A stretch of DNA of 64,000 bases from an uncultured delta proteobacterium (GCA_963712115.1 CAVQGX010000043.1:32001-96000); one strand, 5' to 3'; positions 18,184 to 28,530 are shown, counted from the stretch's first letter. Translations and numbers: made by a program. The notes: a model not told the origin generated them from the sequence alone.

Positions 18184-18765
18184 ATGGAAAGCTGGCGTAT
18201 TTTTTTTACTGGTGTAGGCGGGCAGGGTACCTTGCTGGCCACCAGGGTGTTAGGTGAAGCGGCGCTAGTCTCTAATATTCCTGTGGTGGTGAGTGAGGTT
18301 CACGGTATGGCCCAGCGCGGAGGGGTGGTCGAGTCGGCAGTGGTGCTGGGCGAGGTACAGAGTCCAGTTATATCAGATGGTGAAGTAGACATCCTTATGG
18401 CCTTTGAACCGTTAGAGGCTTTGAGGGCAGTACGAAAGTGCTCGTCTCGTAGCCTGGTGATTTGCAACACTAGCCCTGTAGCTCCTTTTAGTGTATCCAG
18501 TGGCAGGGATCGATATCCAGATGTCTCTAGTATGATGAAAGCTATATGGAGCCAAGTAAGCAATCTCATTGCCTATGACGCCAGAGCTCTGGCCCGCGAA
18601 GCCGGCTCGGAGCTCTCGGTAAATATTGTGATGCTTGGAACCCTTATGCGCCATGCAACAATGCCCTTCGATGAGAAGGTGGTAAAGAAGGTTCTCAATA
18701 CTAGGACAAAGAAATCTTTTCTGGAGATAAATCTGAAGGCATTTGATTTGGGTTATGAGGTATGA
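18184..18765 (+). CDS. iorB: indolepyruvate:ferredoxin oxidoreductase beta subunit
   Basis: GVGGQG, SEVHGMAQRGG and FEPLEALR. Confidence 0.92.
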   Translation: MESWRIFFTGVGGQGTLLATRVLGEAALVSNIPVVVSEVHGMAQRGGVVESAVVLGEVQSPVISDGEVDILMAFEPLEALRAVRKCSSRSLVICNTSPVAPFSVSSGRDRYPDVSSMMKAIWSQVSNLIAYDARALAREAGSELSVNIVMLGTLMRHATMPFDEKVVKKVLNTRTKKSFLEINLKAFDLGYEV

Positions 18766-19283
18766 TTAGACAAAAAACGTTAATCTTACTAGGATTACCA
18801 CTCCTCTGGCTTGTTCTTGCCAACGCCACTTGCAACAACAGAAAGGGCGAGGAAGATTTGGTCAACTCTTATAAGGTGGTGCGATTCCATTTGTCAGAGT
18901 GTCGCAATATGGGTGCAGATAGCTTGGATCCAGTTGGCCTGGAGGAGGCCATGCGTCTCACTGAGGAGGTGGGTGGAATGTTGGACAAGGGCAATTGGAC
19001 CCAGGCGAGTGAGGCCATTGCTCAATTGGAACAAACCGTCGGGTTTCTCCTCGAGCAGATGAAAAGCTGGGACCCAGATGAAGACGGCCTGAGTAACTAC
19101 GCAGAGTATATGTTGTACGGGACCTCTTGGGCAGATGGTGACACCGATGGGGATGGATATTTCGATGGTAGTGAAATTCTACATTTCGAAACGGATCCTC
19201 TGGATCACTGTGGAGTACCAATAGGTTTCCCTCTGGAGACTACAGTCCAACGTGACTGCCCGGCACTGGAGAAACTGAGGTAG
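18762..19283 (+). CDS. exported protein or lipoprotein with Ca-binding DxDxDG (bacterial TSP3-like) repeats
   Basis: Signal peptide ending in ATC; DPDEDGLSN and DTDGDGYFDGSE; ATGA overlap with the iorB stop. Confidence 0.65.
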   Translation: MIRQKTLILLGLPLLWLVLANATCNNRKGEEDLVNSYKVVRFHLSECRNMGADSLDPVGLEEAMRLTEEVGGMLDKGNWTQASEAIAQLEQTVGFLLEQMKSWDPDEDGLSNYAEYMLYGTSWADGDTDGDGYFDGSEILHFETDPLDHCGVPIGFPLETTVQRDCPALEKLR

Positions 19284-19446
19284 GGATTGAATGCAGATCA
19301 TTGAAAAAGAGGTGACGAGGTCCGCAAGATTACTGTATAATCGAGTAAAAGCACTAAATCATAAGCATCCAGCACCTTCGAAAAGGTCAACTTAACAGGT
19401 CAGACAGAGGGCATAAGAACCCTTTTGTCTTGTGAAGGAACATCTT

Positions 19447-19698
19447 ATGAAATGCGAGACGTGCGGCGCGCTGAACGATGCTGATGCTGCTTTTTGCAAA
19501 GGATGTGGAAGTAAACTTGGGCTCAGTGAGTGTTCTAAGTGCGGTGCGCCAACTGATCCAGACGCATCGTTTTGTTCGAAGTGTGGATTTGAGCTTGCTG
19601 CCAATGTTCCGTCCAATAGCAAGACTTGTCAAAGCTGTGGTTTTGTCAACCCACCGGCTACAGTGTACTGTAAGAGGTGTAATCAGAAGATAATATAG
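19447..19698 (+). CDS. multiple zinc-ribbon (DZR-type) protein
   Basis: Three CxxCG...[FY]CxxC units. Confidence 0.75.
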   Translation: MKCETCGALNDADAAFCKGCGSKLGLSECSKCGAPTDPDASFCSKCGFELAANVPSNSKTCQSCGFVNPPATVYCKRCNQKII

Positions 19699-19767
19699 TT
19701 GATTTTATCAAGTGAAATGAGGTAATAATCCCAGCCAGGAGAACTCAACCCCTCGGGACACTTAAAG

Positions 19768-20517
19768 ATGGAATTTAAGCGTACTGTAGAATACGAGGAT
19801 GGAGAGCTCATTCTAATGGAAGGAGGGGAGAGCGACCGGGATATTTATGTTCTTCTGGAAGGTCAGGCAAAGGTGACCAAGGAGACCGACAAAGGGCAAG
19901 TGACGCTCGCTTTGCTCGAGGAAGGTGACATTTTCGGCGAGGTTTCATTCTTGGCCCAGAGGGTTGGAGCTCGCTCTGCAACTATTGCCGCTAGGGGTAA
20001 AGTAAAAATTGGGATTTTAGACCATGAAAAGTTATCAGGTGAGTACAAAGCACTCTCACCCCTCTTTCAGCAAATGCTTAAAGAGTTGGCTGAGCGCTTC
20101 AGCAAGACTACGGCCTTGGCAGCTCGGCTTGCCGCAAGGCGTATGGATAGACCGAGCCTGGAAAGGCGTGAGGCAAAGCGGAATCCCTTGCAGGACCTGC
20201 GCATTCAGGTAACCTACTCACTGGAAGGGGGCGTTAGGACGGAAACCTACCAAGGTATACTTCTAGACTTGGCGAGTACCGGCATGGGTCTAGCCTTGCT
20301 TACAAACAGTTTTAGTGAAGCAACCCACCGTCTAGGGGCCCAGTTCAACTTTCAGTTTACCCTTCCCGGCAAACCCATGATTAAGGTGGCGGGCCATATT
20401 GCTTGGGCACGCGCAATGGGTGGAAGGAAAGCCCGCATGGGGGTAAAATTCAGCGAACCCAATCCTTACCTCCGTAAACTCATCGAGGAATTTCTCCAAA
20501 GTATAGCTGACCATTAG
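19768..20517 (+). CDS. cNMP-binding domain + PilZ domain protein
   Basis: FGEVSF...RSATI (cNMP pocket); RREAKR, DLASTG and IAW...MGVKF (PilZ). Confidence 0.8.
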   Translation: MEFKRTVEYEDGELILMEGGESDRDIYVLLEGQAKVTKETDKGQVTLALLEEGDIFGEVSFLAQRVGARSATIAARGKVKIGILDHEKLSGEYKALSPLFQQMLKELAERFSKTTALAARLAARRMDRPSLERREAKRNPLQDLRIQVTYSLEGGVRTETYQGILLDLASTGMGLALLTNSFSEATHRLGAQFNFQFTLPGKPMIKVAGHIAWARAMGGRKARMGVKFSEPNPYLRKLIEEFLQSIADH

Positions 20518-20741
20518 AAGGGTTTCACCCGCCATCTAAAACATTTATTTCACCGGCCTGCATTTAGTATAGAGGGATAAGTTAGGTGTGCCAGTGCGTC
20601 TTATAGCGCAAAGCACAATGGTCTTTTTACATTTGACATCTATAAGAATAGTCCAGGAGAGCTTTTATTCTAAGAATGGACTGGTGGTAAATGTGGAATG
20701 TGTTTACTGCTCAGTGCCTGGTTCGTAGTGCCTAGAGTTCC

Positions 20742-20990
20742 TTAACGAGTGGGCCCAGGGATGTCTATAGTGGCGCAGGTTCCGCCGCTGCAAGATTTGC
20801 TGGTCACCTTGGTTTTGTCGGAGCCCCCACTTGAACTGCTACCCATCACATAGCTAACGCAGCTCATTACTCGCTCAACCTCTTCGTTATTGCAGTTGGG
20901 ACATTTCATCTCGGTTGTGTCATCTTGGCGAACAGCAAGAAGCTCGAAACAATGATTGCAGGAAAGACAGCGGAATTCATAAATAGGCAT
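20742..20990 (-). CDS. FmdB-family zinc ribbon protein
   Basis: MPIYEFRCLSCNHCFE...CPNC. Confidence 0.85.
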   Translation of the reverse strand: MPIYEFRCLSCNHCFELLAVRQDDTTEMKCPNCNNEEVERVMSCVSYVMGSSSSGGSDKTKVTSKSCSGGTCATIDIPGPTR

Positions 20991-21165
20991 ATTTACCCTC
21001 CGAGCCCAAGTATCCCGGGGTTGAACATTTATCCCACTTTAATTCAGAGCGCGCCAGTTGTCAAATCCAATGGAGTTTCACCAGAGCGCAGAGCTCTTAT
21101 GGGCTCGGGCCGACGAGCAAATGGCGCATGACAAAACATGAGCCTCTGGCTATAGTGAACAGCTC

Positions 21166-21909
21166 ATGCAGTTACTAGAGGAATTGATAAATAGCTTGAA
21201 AAGGGACCTTCCTGTAACAGCTGGAGTGGTGGGTTCTCATCTAATCGCAGTGGCGAGCCGGCGGCTAGGGTTAGCGGCTCATCTTCCCAGGGCTGAAGGC
21301 AAAGAGCTAGTTTCTTCTGAGAAGGCGATGTTTACCCTGGTTGGCAGGAGCGCCCGCGATCTTGCCATGTGGCTAATGGGCGACGAGTGGCTTAGGGCTG
21401 GAATCGGCATGGCATCACTCAATTCTCTGCTTGAAATTGACCACGGCAAACTCCATGAGATCAACGCCAAACATATAATAGCAGACCGGGCTGCTGGCAA
21501 AAATCTTATGGTAGTGGGGCATTTTCCTTTTGTGAATACAATTCGGCCAAGTGTGCGTAATCTTTGGATTATGGAAAAAAAATCAGGTGCTGAGTACATC
21601 TCTGAGGAAGAGGGCTATCATCTCCTGCCAGAGGCCGACGTCGTTGCCATTACGGGTAGTAGCTTGATCAACCATACCTTCGAACGTATCATGTCTAATT
21701 GCAGATCGGGTAGTTTCAAAATAATGTTGGGTCCATCCACTCCCTTGAGTCCTGTTCTTTTTGATTATGGTCTGGACGCCATCGGTGGTGCCTTGGTGGA
21801 AGTTGTGAACGCTGTTTTGGCTGAGGTCGAACAAGGTGCTGCCTTTCGTAATCTGAAGGGGGTACGTACGGTGGTAATGGCTAAGGATTCCCTCCGGGAA
21901 TTCAGATAA
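21166..21909 (+). CDS. DUF364-family Rossmann-like protein
   Basis: GIGMASLNS, VGHFPF, ITGSSLINHT and GPSTPLSPVLFDYG. Confidence 0.8.
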   Translation: MQLLEELINSLKRDLPVTAGVVGSHLIAVASRRLGLAAHLPRAEGKELVSSEKAMFTLVGRSARDLAMWLMGDEWLRAGIGMASLNSLLEIDHGKLHEINAKHIIADRAAGKNLMVVGHFPFVNTIRPSVRNLWIMEKKSGAEYISEEEGYHLLPEADVVAITGSSLINHTFERIMSNCRSGSFKIMLGPSTPLSPVLFDYGLDAIGGALVEVVNAVLAEVEQGAAFRNLKGVRTVVMAKDSLREFR

Positions 21910-22046
21910 ATTCGAAATTCTAATATCTAAATCCGAAACAAATTCAAATTACCAAATTCTCCAATGCTCAAAACGAATCACTGTCTTGGTCATTTGGATT
22001 TTGGTAATTAGGATTTGTTTAGTGCTTCGTGCTTCGGATTTAGAGT
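21908..22046. repeat. heptamer-periodic palindromic element
   Basis: AAATTCGAAATTCTAATATCTAAATCCGAAAC...GTGCTTCGTGCTTCGGATTT. Confidence 0.7.
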
Positions 22047-22071
22047 TTACCAGCGAGAGATTGGAGCAGGG

Positions 22072-22905
22072 ATGTTGGATCCAGAACAACTTCTATATGT
22101 GTACGAGTTGAAGGGGGGAGTTCCTCCGCCCTTTTTGGATCTCAAAGGGTTATTAGGAGTTTGGCCGGAGGCAGATTATACCTATTTGTTCTTTACCAGC
22201 CCTGCCGATGCCACCTTAGAGTTGTTTTTTCGCGAGCATCCTGAGTATAGCTTGACTCGTCACTATCGACTCCCCTATGGGCATTGGCAGCAGCTTGCGG
22301 TGAAGGAGCCACTGGTTATCGATAGGTTCAAAATCATCACTAGTAAGCAGTCGGTCAAGTTGTCAGCGGGTGAGATTCTCCTATGGATTGATCCTGGAGT
22401 TATATTCGGATCGGGCCTTCATCCAACTACCCGCGGTTGCTTGCGAGCGTTGTCAAGTCTTTATTCTCAGGCTGCACCGGTTAAAGTCTTAGACCTGGGC
22501 ACCGGTACTGGTATACTGGCGATAGCAGCTGCGAAACTTGGAGCTGAGCAGGTGGATGCCGTGGATTTGAATCCAATGGCCATTTCTACTGCAGCAGATA
22601 ATTGCGAGCGCAACGGGGTTAAAGATGCTGTAAGATTGATTCAGGGAGATGCTCGCCACCAATTGCCTGAAGCGGAACTTTTGTGCGTTAATATACACTT
22701 TGACTTCCTTGAGACTTTTTTGGGAAGCTCTGCTGTTTGCCGTTACCGTTGGGCCATAGTCGGCGGCTTCCTTAAAGAAAAACTACCCGAGGTTCGAGTT
22801 TTACTACCATCTTGTGCCGTGTTAAAAAAGCCGGTGCTGGAGGAAGAAGGCTGGGTTACGCTGCTATTGGAGATAGAAAAGGATAAGGCAGCCCACTCTC
22901 ACTAA
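22072..22905 (+). CDS. prmA: ribosomal protein L11 methyltransferase-like protein
   Basis: IDPGVIFGSGLHPTT and VLDLGTGTGILAIAAAKLGA. Confidence 0.75.
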   Translation: MLDPEQLLYVYELKGGVPPPFLDLKGLLGVWPEADYTYLFFTSPADATLELFFREHPEYSLTRHYRLPYGHWQQLAVKEPLVIDRFKIITSKQSVKLSAGEILLWIDPGVIFGSGLHPTTRGCLRALSSLYSQAAPVKVLDLGTGTGILAIAAAKLGAEQVDAVDLNPMAISTAADNCERNGVKDAVRLIQGDARHQLPEAELLCVNIHFDFLETFLGSSAVCRYRWAIVGGFLKEKLPEVRVLLPSCAVLKKPVLEEEGWVTLLLEIEKDKAAHSH

Positions 22906-23033
22906 GGAGCCACGGCCGAGCATAATGCCTGGTGCCTAGTCGGAGCAGTTCTCTGAGTTCTCCAGCGAGATCGCAGAGGCAAGGGAGCGGGCGAAGGTCT
23001 ATTTTCTCTGAATTGCTTGCTGGAAGGTTTATC

Positions 23034-23462
23034 ATGCATAACAATAACTTACCTACAAGGGGCCCGCATTTTACCGATGCTCAACGAACGGTTATCAGAA
23101 TCTTGCTAAATGCAGTGGCATTGGTTCTCACGGCAGGGCTGTTTGAAAGCATTTATCTGGAGGGATTTTTCTCTGCAGTTCTTGCTGTTATGATCCTTGC
23201 CTTCATTAATGCTTTTATTCGACCGATCTTTTTACTTTTAACATTACCCCTTACTGTGATGACTCTCGGGCTTTTCACCTTGGTTATCAACGCCACACTT
23301 TTCAAGCTAACTTCTATTCTGGTCCCCGGGTTTCATGTAGGTGGATTCTGGAGTGCTTTGGGCGGGGCAGTCATGTACAGCATATTGATATTGTTGATTA
23401 ATATCTTTTTGTTTCCACCACCCGGCGGTCCAGGTATTACTTTCTACTACCGCCGGTTCTAG
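23034..23462 (+). CDS. YvlD/phage holin family membrane protein
   Basis: NAFIRPI..LLTLPLTVMTLGLFTLVINA. Confidence 0.8.
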   Translation: MHNNNLPTRGPHFTDAQRTVIRILLNAVALVLTAGLFESIYLEGFFSAVLAVMILAFINAFIRPIFLLLTLPLTVMTLGLFTLVINATLFKLTSILVPGFHVGGFWSALGGAVMYSILILLINIFLFPPPGGPGITFYYRRF

Positions 23463-23551
23463 TATGCTACTAGGCACCAAGAACTAAGCACCACGCACCA
23501 GGTGATTCTTGGTAGTGTTTAGTGCCTACTGTCTAGTGCCTAGTTTCTTCA

Positions 23552-23821
23552 CTAGCGCGTTACCAGCATAATCACACCCATGACGATAAAGAGGATTCCG
23601 GCCACTGTTTTAATCACGTAGGGCGGAAAGCAGCGAGCCAGAAAAGCCCCCAACAAAACCGCCAGCAACGAGCTGATGACCAGGGCCAGAGAAGCTCCTA
23701 AGAACACGGCCAAAGGCGATTTGCTGTCAGCTGATAGGCAGAGGGCTGCAAATTGAGTTTTGTCCCCCAGTTCTGCCAGAAAAATAAGACTGAAAGTGGT
23801 CAACAGGGTTCTTATATCCAC
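23552..23821 (-). CDS. TMEM165/GDT1 (UPF0016) family half-size protein
   Basis: FLAELGDKTQ motif; GTG start after GGAGG. The track's N-terminal extension lies in the MITE. Confidence 0.85.
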   Translation of the reverse strand: MDIRTLLTTFSLIFLAELGDKTQFAALCLSADSKSPLAVFLGASLALVISSLLAVLLGAFLARCFPPYVIKTVAGILFIVMGVIMLVTR

Positions 23822-23878
23822 ATTAGCCTCCCCATAGACTTGTTTGCAGAAAAATTTTTGCTGCCAAGTTGATTCACC

Positions 23879-24195
23879 TAGCCCGCATATTTCATGAATC
23901 ACCTGCTGCGACCACGGATATGGCCGTCCTTCCTGGCGTCCTCGGGTGTCGGCCCCTGCGACGTACCGTTCAGGTATGCCTCGGCTTCGATCTTGGATTT
24001 GGGATTTCGGATCTCGGATTTTTGAGTACAATTGGTGATATAGAACTTAACAGTTCAGATCTCACCACTTGCTCTCTGGTTCTCACGAACTCTTCAGCAA
24101 ATTTTAAATCCGCATTCCGCATTCCGCAATCGTCGACCCGGTGGCACTCCCATCTTCGTGATCTCGCGACAGCAATTCATGAAATATCCGGGCTC
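23879..24195. mobile_element. MITE-like non-autonomous element, copy 2
   Basis: TIRs TAGCCCGCATATTTCATGAAT / ATTCATGAAATATCCGGGCTC; interior nearly identical to copy 1. Confidence 0.85.
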
Positions 24196-24255
24196 GAATT
24201 GTCTTGCAGCTTGCATCTATAGGTGAGTTCGAGGTCAAAAGTCCACGGTTCTTTA

Positions 24256-25485
24256 TCAGTAACTAACATAGAAGCCGATAAGAAAAGTATCGATGTTTTT
24301 ATCGGCGCTACCGCCGATTTTCTCAGCAGCACTGAATCGCTCGAGTCCCACCTTTATGTTGGCATTATGCCCCTTGATGAAATAGCTAAGTCCAACCCGC
24401 CAGGCGGACCAGCTTCCCGCATCATCTGAGGCATCGCTGTACCAACTTTCATATAGGGCCCAGGGTTGGAGATTTAGGTTCTCGAGGTAGTATCCGCTCT
24501 GAACATAGAATCCCTTCCCCTCGGTCTCTTTGGCATTTTTTGGAGGACCAGAGGCTGAGTCTCGAAGAGAGGTTGAGTCTTCAAGATCTAGATTACTATA
24601 ACCTGCCTCTAAGGTTGTGTTCCCTGGTCCAACAGGAATATCGGCGAAAGCATCGAAGGAGTACCAGATATAGTTGACGTTGTCATCGGTGATAGTATCA
24701 CGGGCAATCCTCTGCTGATGATCAATGGAGGCGCCGATGGCTACGGTCTTTTTTCTTCCGAGATAGGTAGAGAGATTATAGTAGCCCGGTTCGGGTTCGA
24801 AAAAGTTCAATTGCACCCGACCGGTGACCCGCTCTTTGTCTTCGGCATTGTTCATAAATTGGATGCCGGTGTAACCGCCCACATAGTACTTGGCATGAAA
24901 TGTCTCGGTGAAAGATGTGGAGCCGAACAATGTTACCCCAATATCGCGGTTTACATTACCATCCCCGCTGAGATCCAAGTTGCCATCGTCAAAGATGGCG
25001 GTGTTGAATACGGCACCACCGTTTAGACCCCAGGTGAGATTATAGTCGGTGATACCTGGACGATCGATGGCCAACATGGCGGCAGAGCTGGTAAGTTGTT
25101 GCCGGCCCGCAGGAGCCATGTGCTCCCCCAAGATGACTTGTGCTTGCTCAAGTAAATGGAGATTGATAAAACCGTCGATCACTTTTGCGTCGCCAACGCT
25201 TCCGTCCTCTCCTGAATCTGACCCAATCTGCATGAAGAAATTGACCCATTTGGTGACGTTGCCCCCGAGTCTGATCCGGGCCCGACGAAGAAGAAATTTC
25301 TCCTCGTGCTCGCTTTCTGCATCCGCCTGAGAATTGGTGCTACTGAGAAATTGGGTCTGGAGCCTGAAGCCTAGCTCCAAGTTGGAATCTTGGTCGATTT
25401 GTAGCTCGACTCCGGCCCAGGAAGCAGATGGCCAAACCAAAAGGACTCCAACCAGCACACCGGTCAACAGGGCTATCTTCCGCAT
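24256..25485 (-). CDS. outer-membrane porin (OprO/OprP or ExtI-like)
   Basis: Signal peptide, FLLRRARIRLGG, alternating beta strands and a terminal aromatic residue (FYVSY). Confidence 0.75.
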   Translation of the reverse strand: MRKIALLTGVLVGVLLVWPSASWAGVELQIDQDSNLELGFRLQTQFLSSTNSQADAESEHEEKFLLRRARIRLGGNVTKWVNFFMQIGSDSGEDGSVGDAKVIDGFINLHLLEQAQVILGEHMAPAGRQQLTSSAAMLAIDRPGITDYNLTWGLNGGAVFNTAIFDDGNLDLSGDGNVNRDIGVTLFGSTSFTETFHAKYYVGGYTGIQFMNNAEDKERVTGRVQLNFFEPEPGYYNLSTYLGRKKTVAIGASIDHQQRIARDTITDDNVNYIWYSFDAFADIPVGPGNTTLEAGYSNLDLEDSTSLRDSASGPPKNAKETEGKGFYVQSGYYLENLNLQPWALYESWYSDASDDAGSWSAWRVGLSYFIKGHNANIKVGLERFSAAEKIGGSADKNIDTFLIGFYVSY

Positions 25486-25791
25486 GACAACTCCTTTTTC
25501 TACATTCCAGGATCGACACAGGAGGTCTCAGAGGTGGTTTTAGTCCAAAGGAGGTTTACCTACTGAAACATCTACCTCGATTTCGAGCAAAGAGCTGCAT
25601 ATGAGCACTACCGAAGCACATCGATAGCACAAGATAGATGTACGAGCAAGGCAAGAAATGTTTAGGATCCCTCATTTAAATCAGACTGATCAAGGGGGCC
25701 AGGTACATATCTACCACTCAGTATGATAAGATTTATTATTCAAGTCTGGGTGTGGGTAGAAGGCCTGGTAGAAAAGCAAGAGAGGATAGGA

Positions 25792-26928
25792 ATGATAGAA
25801 CAAGGCCCTATAAGACCCCCTAGTGAAAGTAAAAGTCTACTCTTGAGGCTGACGCGCAACTGTCCCTGGAATAGATGCTTGTTTTGCCCTGTTTACAAGG
25901 GCACGACGTTTTCTCGTCGATCTGTAGCAGAGATTAAAGCAGAGATAGATCAACTCAATGAAATTATTAATGATATCAAAAACATTTCATGCAAGCTCGG
26001 ATTCGCGGGGAAGATTACCGGGACAGTTATCTCCCATATTTACCCGAGCAAGGATTACGCTACTATTTACCGGCATGTTGCTCACTGGTTGTATTTCGGA
26101 GAAGGAAGCGTTTTTCTCCAGGATGCGAACAGCTTGATCATGAAACCGGAGGATTTGGCGGAGATTCTCAACTATTTGCGCCAGAAAATTCCAGGAATAC
26201 GTCGAATCACCAGTTACGCCCGCTCCAGAACTTTGGCCCGGAGAAAGCCAGGCCAGCTGGTCATGCTGCGGGAGGCTGGGCTGAATCGGATTCATATCGG
26301 CATGGAGAGCGGTTACGATCCGGTGTTACGTTTCATGGAAAAGGGAAGCACCGCAGCCGATCATATCAAGGCAGGTTGCCTTGTTAGAGAAGCCGGCATC
26401 TCTTTGTCAGAGTATGTGATGCCTGGGCTTGGGGGTAAACGGTGGTGGCGAGAGCACGCCCTGGCCACAGCAGATGTGCTGAATCGAATCAACCCTGATT
26501 TCATAAGGCTCCGTTCTTTGCGGGTTCCTAAAACTGCTCCTCTTTCAGAGAAGATTGACAACGGAGAGATAGAACTTCTCGACGATGACGGTGTGGTGCG
26601 TGAGATCCGACTTTTCATTGAAAACCTAAATGGCATTACCTCAGCCGTTACTTCGGATCATATCATGAACCTGCTGGAGGAGATATCTGGAACCTTGCCT
26701 GATGACAAAGAAAAGATGTTGTCTGTAGCTGACCGCTATTTGGACCTGCCGGAAGAGGAACGAATCATATATAAAGTTGGAAGATGGGGTGGAGCTTTCA
26801 GGAGTGTAGACGACCTGAGAGATCCTGACCTCAGGGGCAAGATCGAAAAGGTCATCCACCAGTGGAATCTGGAAACCTCGGGACAACTGGATGAAATAAT
26901 TAAAGAAATAGCGGATCAGTATATCTAG
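25792..26928 (+). CDS. radical SAM protein
   Basis: IRPPSE...CPWNRCLFC (CxxxCxxC), FLQDAN and SDHIMN. Confidence 0.85.
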   Translation: MIEQGPIRPPSESKSLLLRLTRNCPWNRCLFCPVYKGTTFSRRSVAEIKAEIDQLNEIINDIKNISCKLGFAGKITGTVISHIYPSKDYATIYRHVAHWLYFGEGSVFLQDANSLIMKPEDLAEILNYLRQKIPGIRRITSYARSRTLARRKPGQLVMLREAGLNRIHIGMESGYDPVLRFMEKGSTAADHIKAGCLVREAGISLSEYVMPGLGGKRWWREHALATADVLNRINPDFIRLRSLRVPKTAPLSEKIDNGEIELLDDDGVVREIRLFIENLNGITSAVTSDHIMNLLEEISGTLPDDKEKMLSVADRYLDLPEEERIIYKVGRWGGAFRSVDDLRDPDLRGKIEKVIHQWNLETSGQLDEIIKEIADQYI

Positions 26929-27414
26929 TCGCATAGCGCATTTAAACCAGCTGGCAGCAAGCACCAATAAAAGGTCTATATATTAAGTTTTTACACTGCA
27001 AGCTGTCTGCTGCCCGCTGTGCAAAGCGCTATGCGAACTTAGGAGTTGCCTTTGGTGCAAAACTGCGATATATAGCGCGATGTTGTTCCGTTATGGAGTA
27101 ACTTTCAATTGTTTATATGATTGTTTATATGAAGGAGAGGAGAGAAGAGAACACCAACCAGTAACCACTTGAAAGTAAGATTTTAGCAGGCAAGAACACA
27201 AGATCGATTTAGAAACCATCTGGTCCAAGTTTAATCAGGGCATATAAAACCAGTGAATCTAATAATTTAAGTACTTTGGCCCGACTAATTCGATAAAACC
27301 ACTAGCAACCCCACCTTTTCTAGCCTGCCTTTTCACTTTCTTCTCGGGATCCTGTTGGAGTGAGCCTTCAACATGCCCCACTGGGCCAACGCTGGTTGGA
27401 ATCCAGCATAAATT

Positions 27415-28530
27415 ATGGGAATTCGTGTACCTAATCACATCGCTACCTTGAAACCCTACCCACCTGGAAAGCCCCTCGAAGAGCTAGAACGCGAATACGG
27501 TATAACAGATTCAATAAAACTAGCCTCCAACGAAAACCCATTGGGGACATCTCCGCTGGCACTCGAAGCTATAAGGAGCCACCTGAAAAACCTGCGCAGA
27601 TACCCAGATGGGAGCGCTTACTATCTCAAACAAGGTCTCAGCCAGCGATTGGGTGTGGGAGAGTCTTCTATTGTCTTGGGCAATGGGTCGAATGAAATCA
27701 TCGATCTAGTCATCCGCACCTTTGTCCAACCGAAAGAAGAAGTGTTGATGTCGGAGCCCACCTTTTTGGTGTATCCCCTGATGACACAGGCGATTGGTGC
27801 TCGAGCTGTCAAGGTGCCCCAGAAGAACTTTGCCCATGACTTGAAAGCTATGGCAGAGGCCGCAACTAAGAACACCCGCGTCGTCTTTATGGACAATCCC
27901 AATAATCCAAGTGGTACGGTCATTAGTCGCAAGGATTTCGAAACTTTCAGGAGCCGAATTCCTCAAGATGTAATCATCGTCCTCGATGAGGCATATATGG
28001 AATTTGCTGACCCCGAGCAGACTATGGCTGGCCTTGAATACCTTAACGGTTCCCCGCCAGTTATTAGCCTTCGAACCTTTTCCAAAGCCTATGGTCTTGC
28101 AGGACTGCGGGTTGGTTATGGAGTCATGCCGCCAGAGGTGGCTGATTATCTCAACCGGGTACGTCAGCCCTTTAACGTCAATAGTTTAGCTCAGGTGGCG
28201 GCTCTTGCAGCGCTGGACGATGAAGAATTTCTGCAGGAAACTCAGAAGATTGTGCGCGAAGGACTAGCTTTCTTATATGTCGAGTTGGATAAGTTGCAAC
28301 TGCGCACCCATGCCACTCAGGCCAATTTTTTTCTCATAGAGGTTGGATACGACGGACGAAAGGTTTATGAGGCAATGCTGAGGCGGGGGGTGATTGTCCG
28401 GGCTATGAATTCATACGGTTTGGATAACTACATACGAATTTCTGTGGGACGGCCAGAAGAGAATAAAAGGTTTGTAGAGAGTCTTAAAGAGGTTCTGGCG
28501 GAATTGGAGTCGGCCAATGAAACCCTCTAA
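27415..28530 (+). CDS. hisC: histidinol-phosphate aminotransferase
   Basis: KLASNENP, GNGSNE, NPNNPSG, DEAY and RTFSKAYGLAGLRVGY. Confidence 0.92.
   Translation: MGIRVPNHIATLKPYPPGKPLEELEREYGITDSIKLASNENPLGTSPLALEAIRSHLKNLRRYPDGSAYYLKQGLSQRLGVGESSIVLGNGSNEIIDLVIRTFVQPKEEVLMSEPTFLVYPLMTQAIGARAVKVPQKNFAHDLKAMAEAATKNTRVVFMDNPNNPSGTVISRKDFETFRSRIPQDVIIVLDEAYMEFADPEQTMAGLEYLNGSPPVISLRTFSKAYGLAGLRVGYGVMPPEVADYLNRVRQPFNVNSLAQVAALAALDDEEFLQETQKIVREGLAFLYVELDKLQLRTHATQANFFLIEVGYDGRKVYEAMLRRGVIVRAMNSYGLDNYIRISVGRPEENKRFVESLKEVLAELESANETL

Noticed and set aside
23034-23462. Holin-family gene as prophage evidence
   Set aside because: YvlD-type proteins are common chromosomal membrane proteins, and no phage genes are adjacent.
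24256-25485. Porin as part of a selenite/tellurite reduction operon
   Set aside because: No cytochrome or rhodanese partner genes are adjacent; only family-level similarity is supported.
27108-27131. Tandem 12-bp duplication ATTGTTTATATG and a short ORF upstream of hisC as a His attenuator
   Set aside because: The short ORF has no His run and I found no terminator/antiterminator set.
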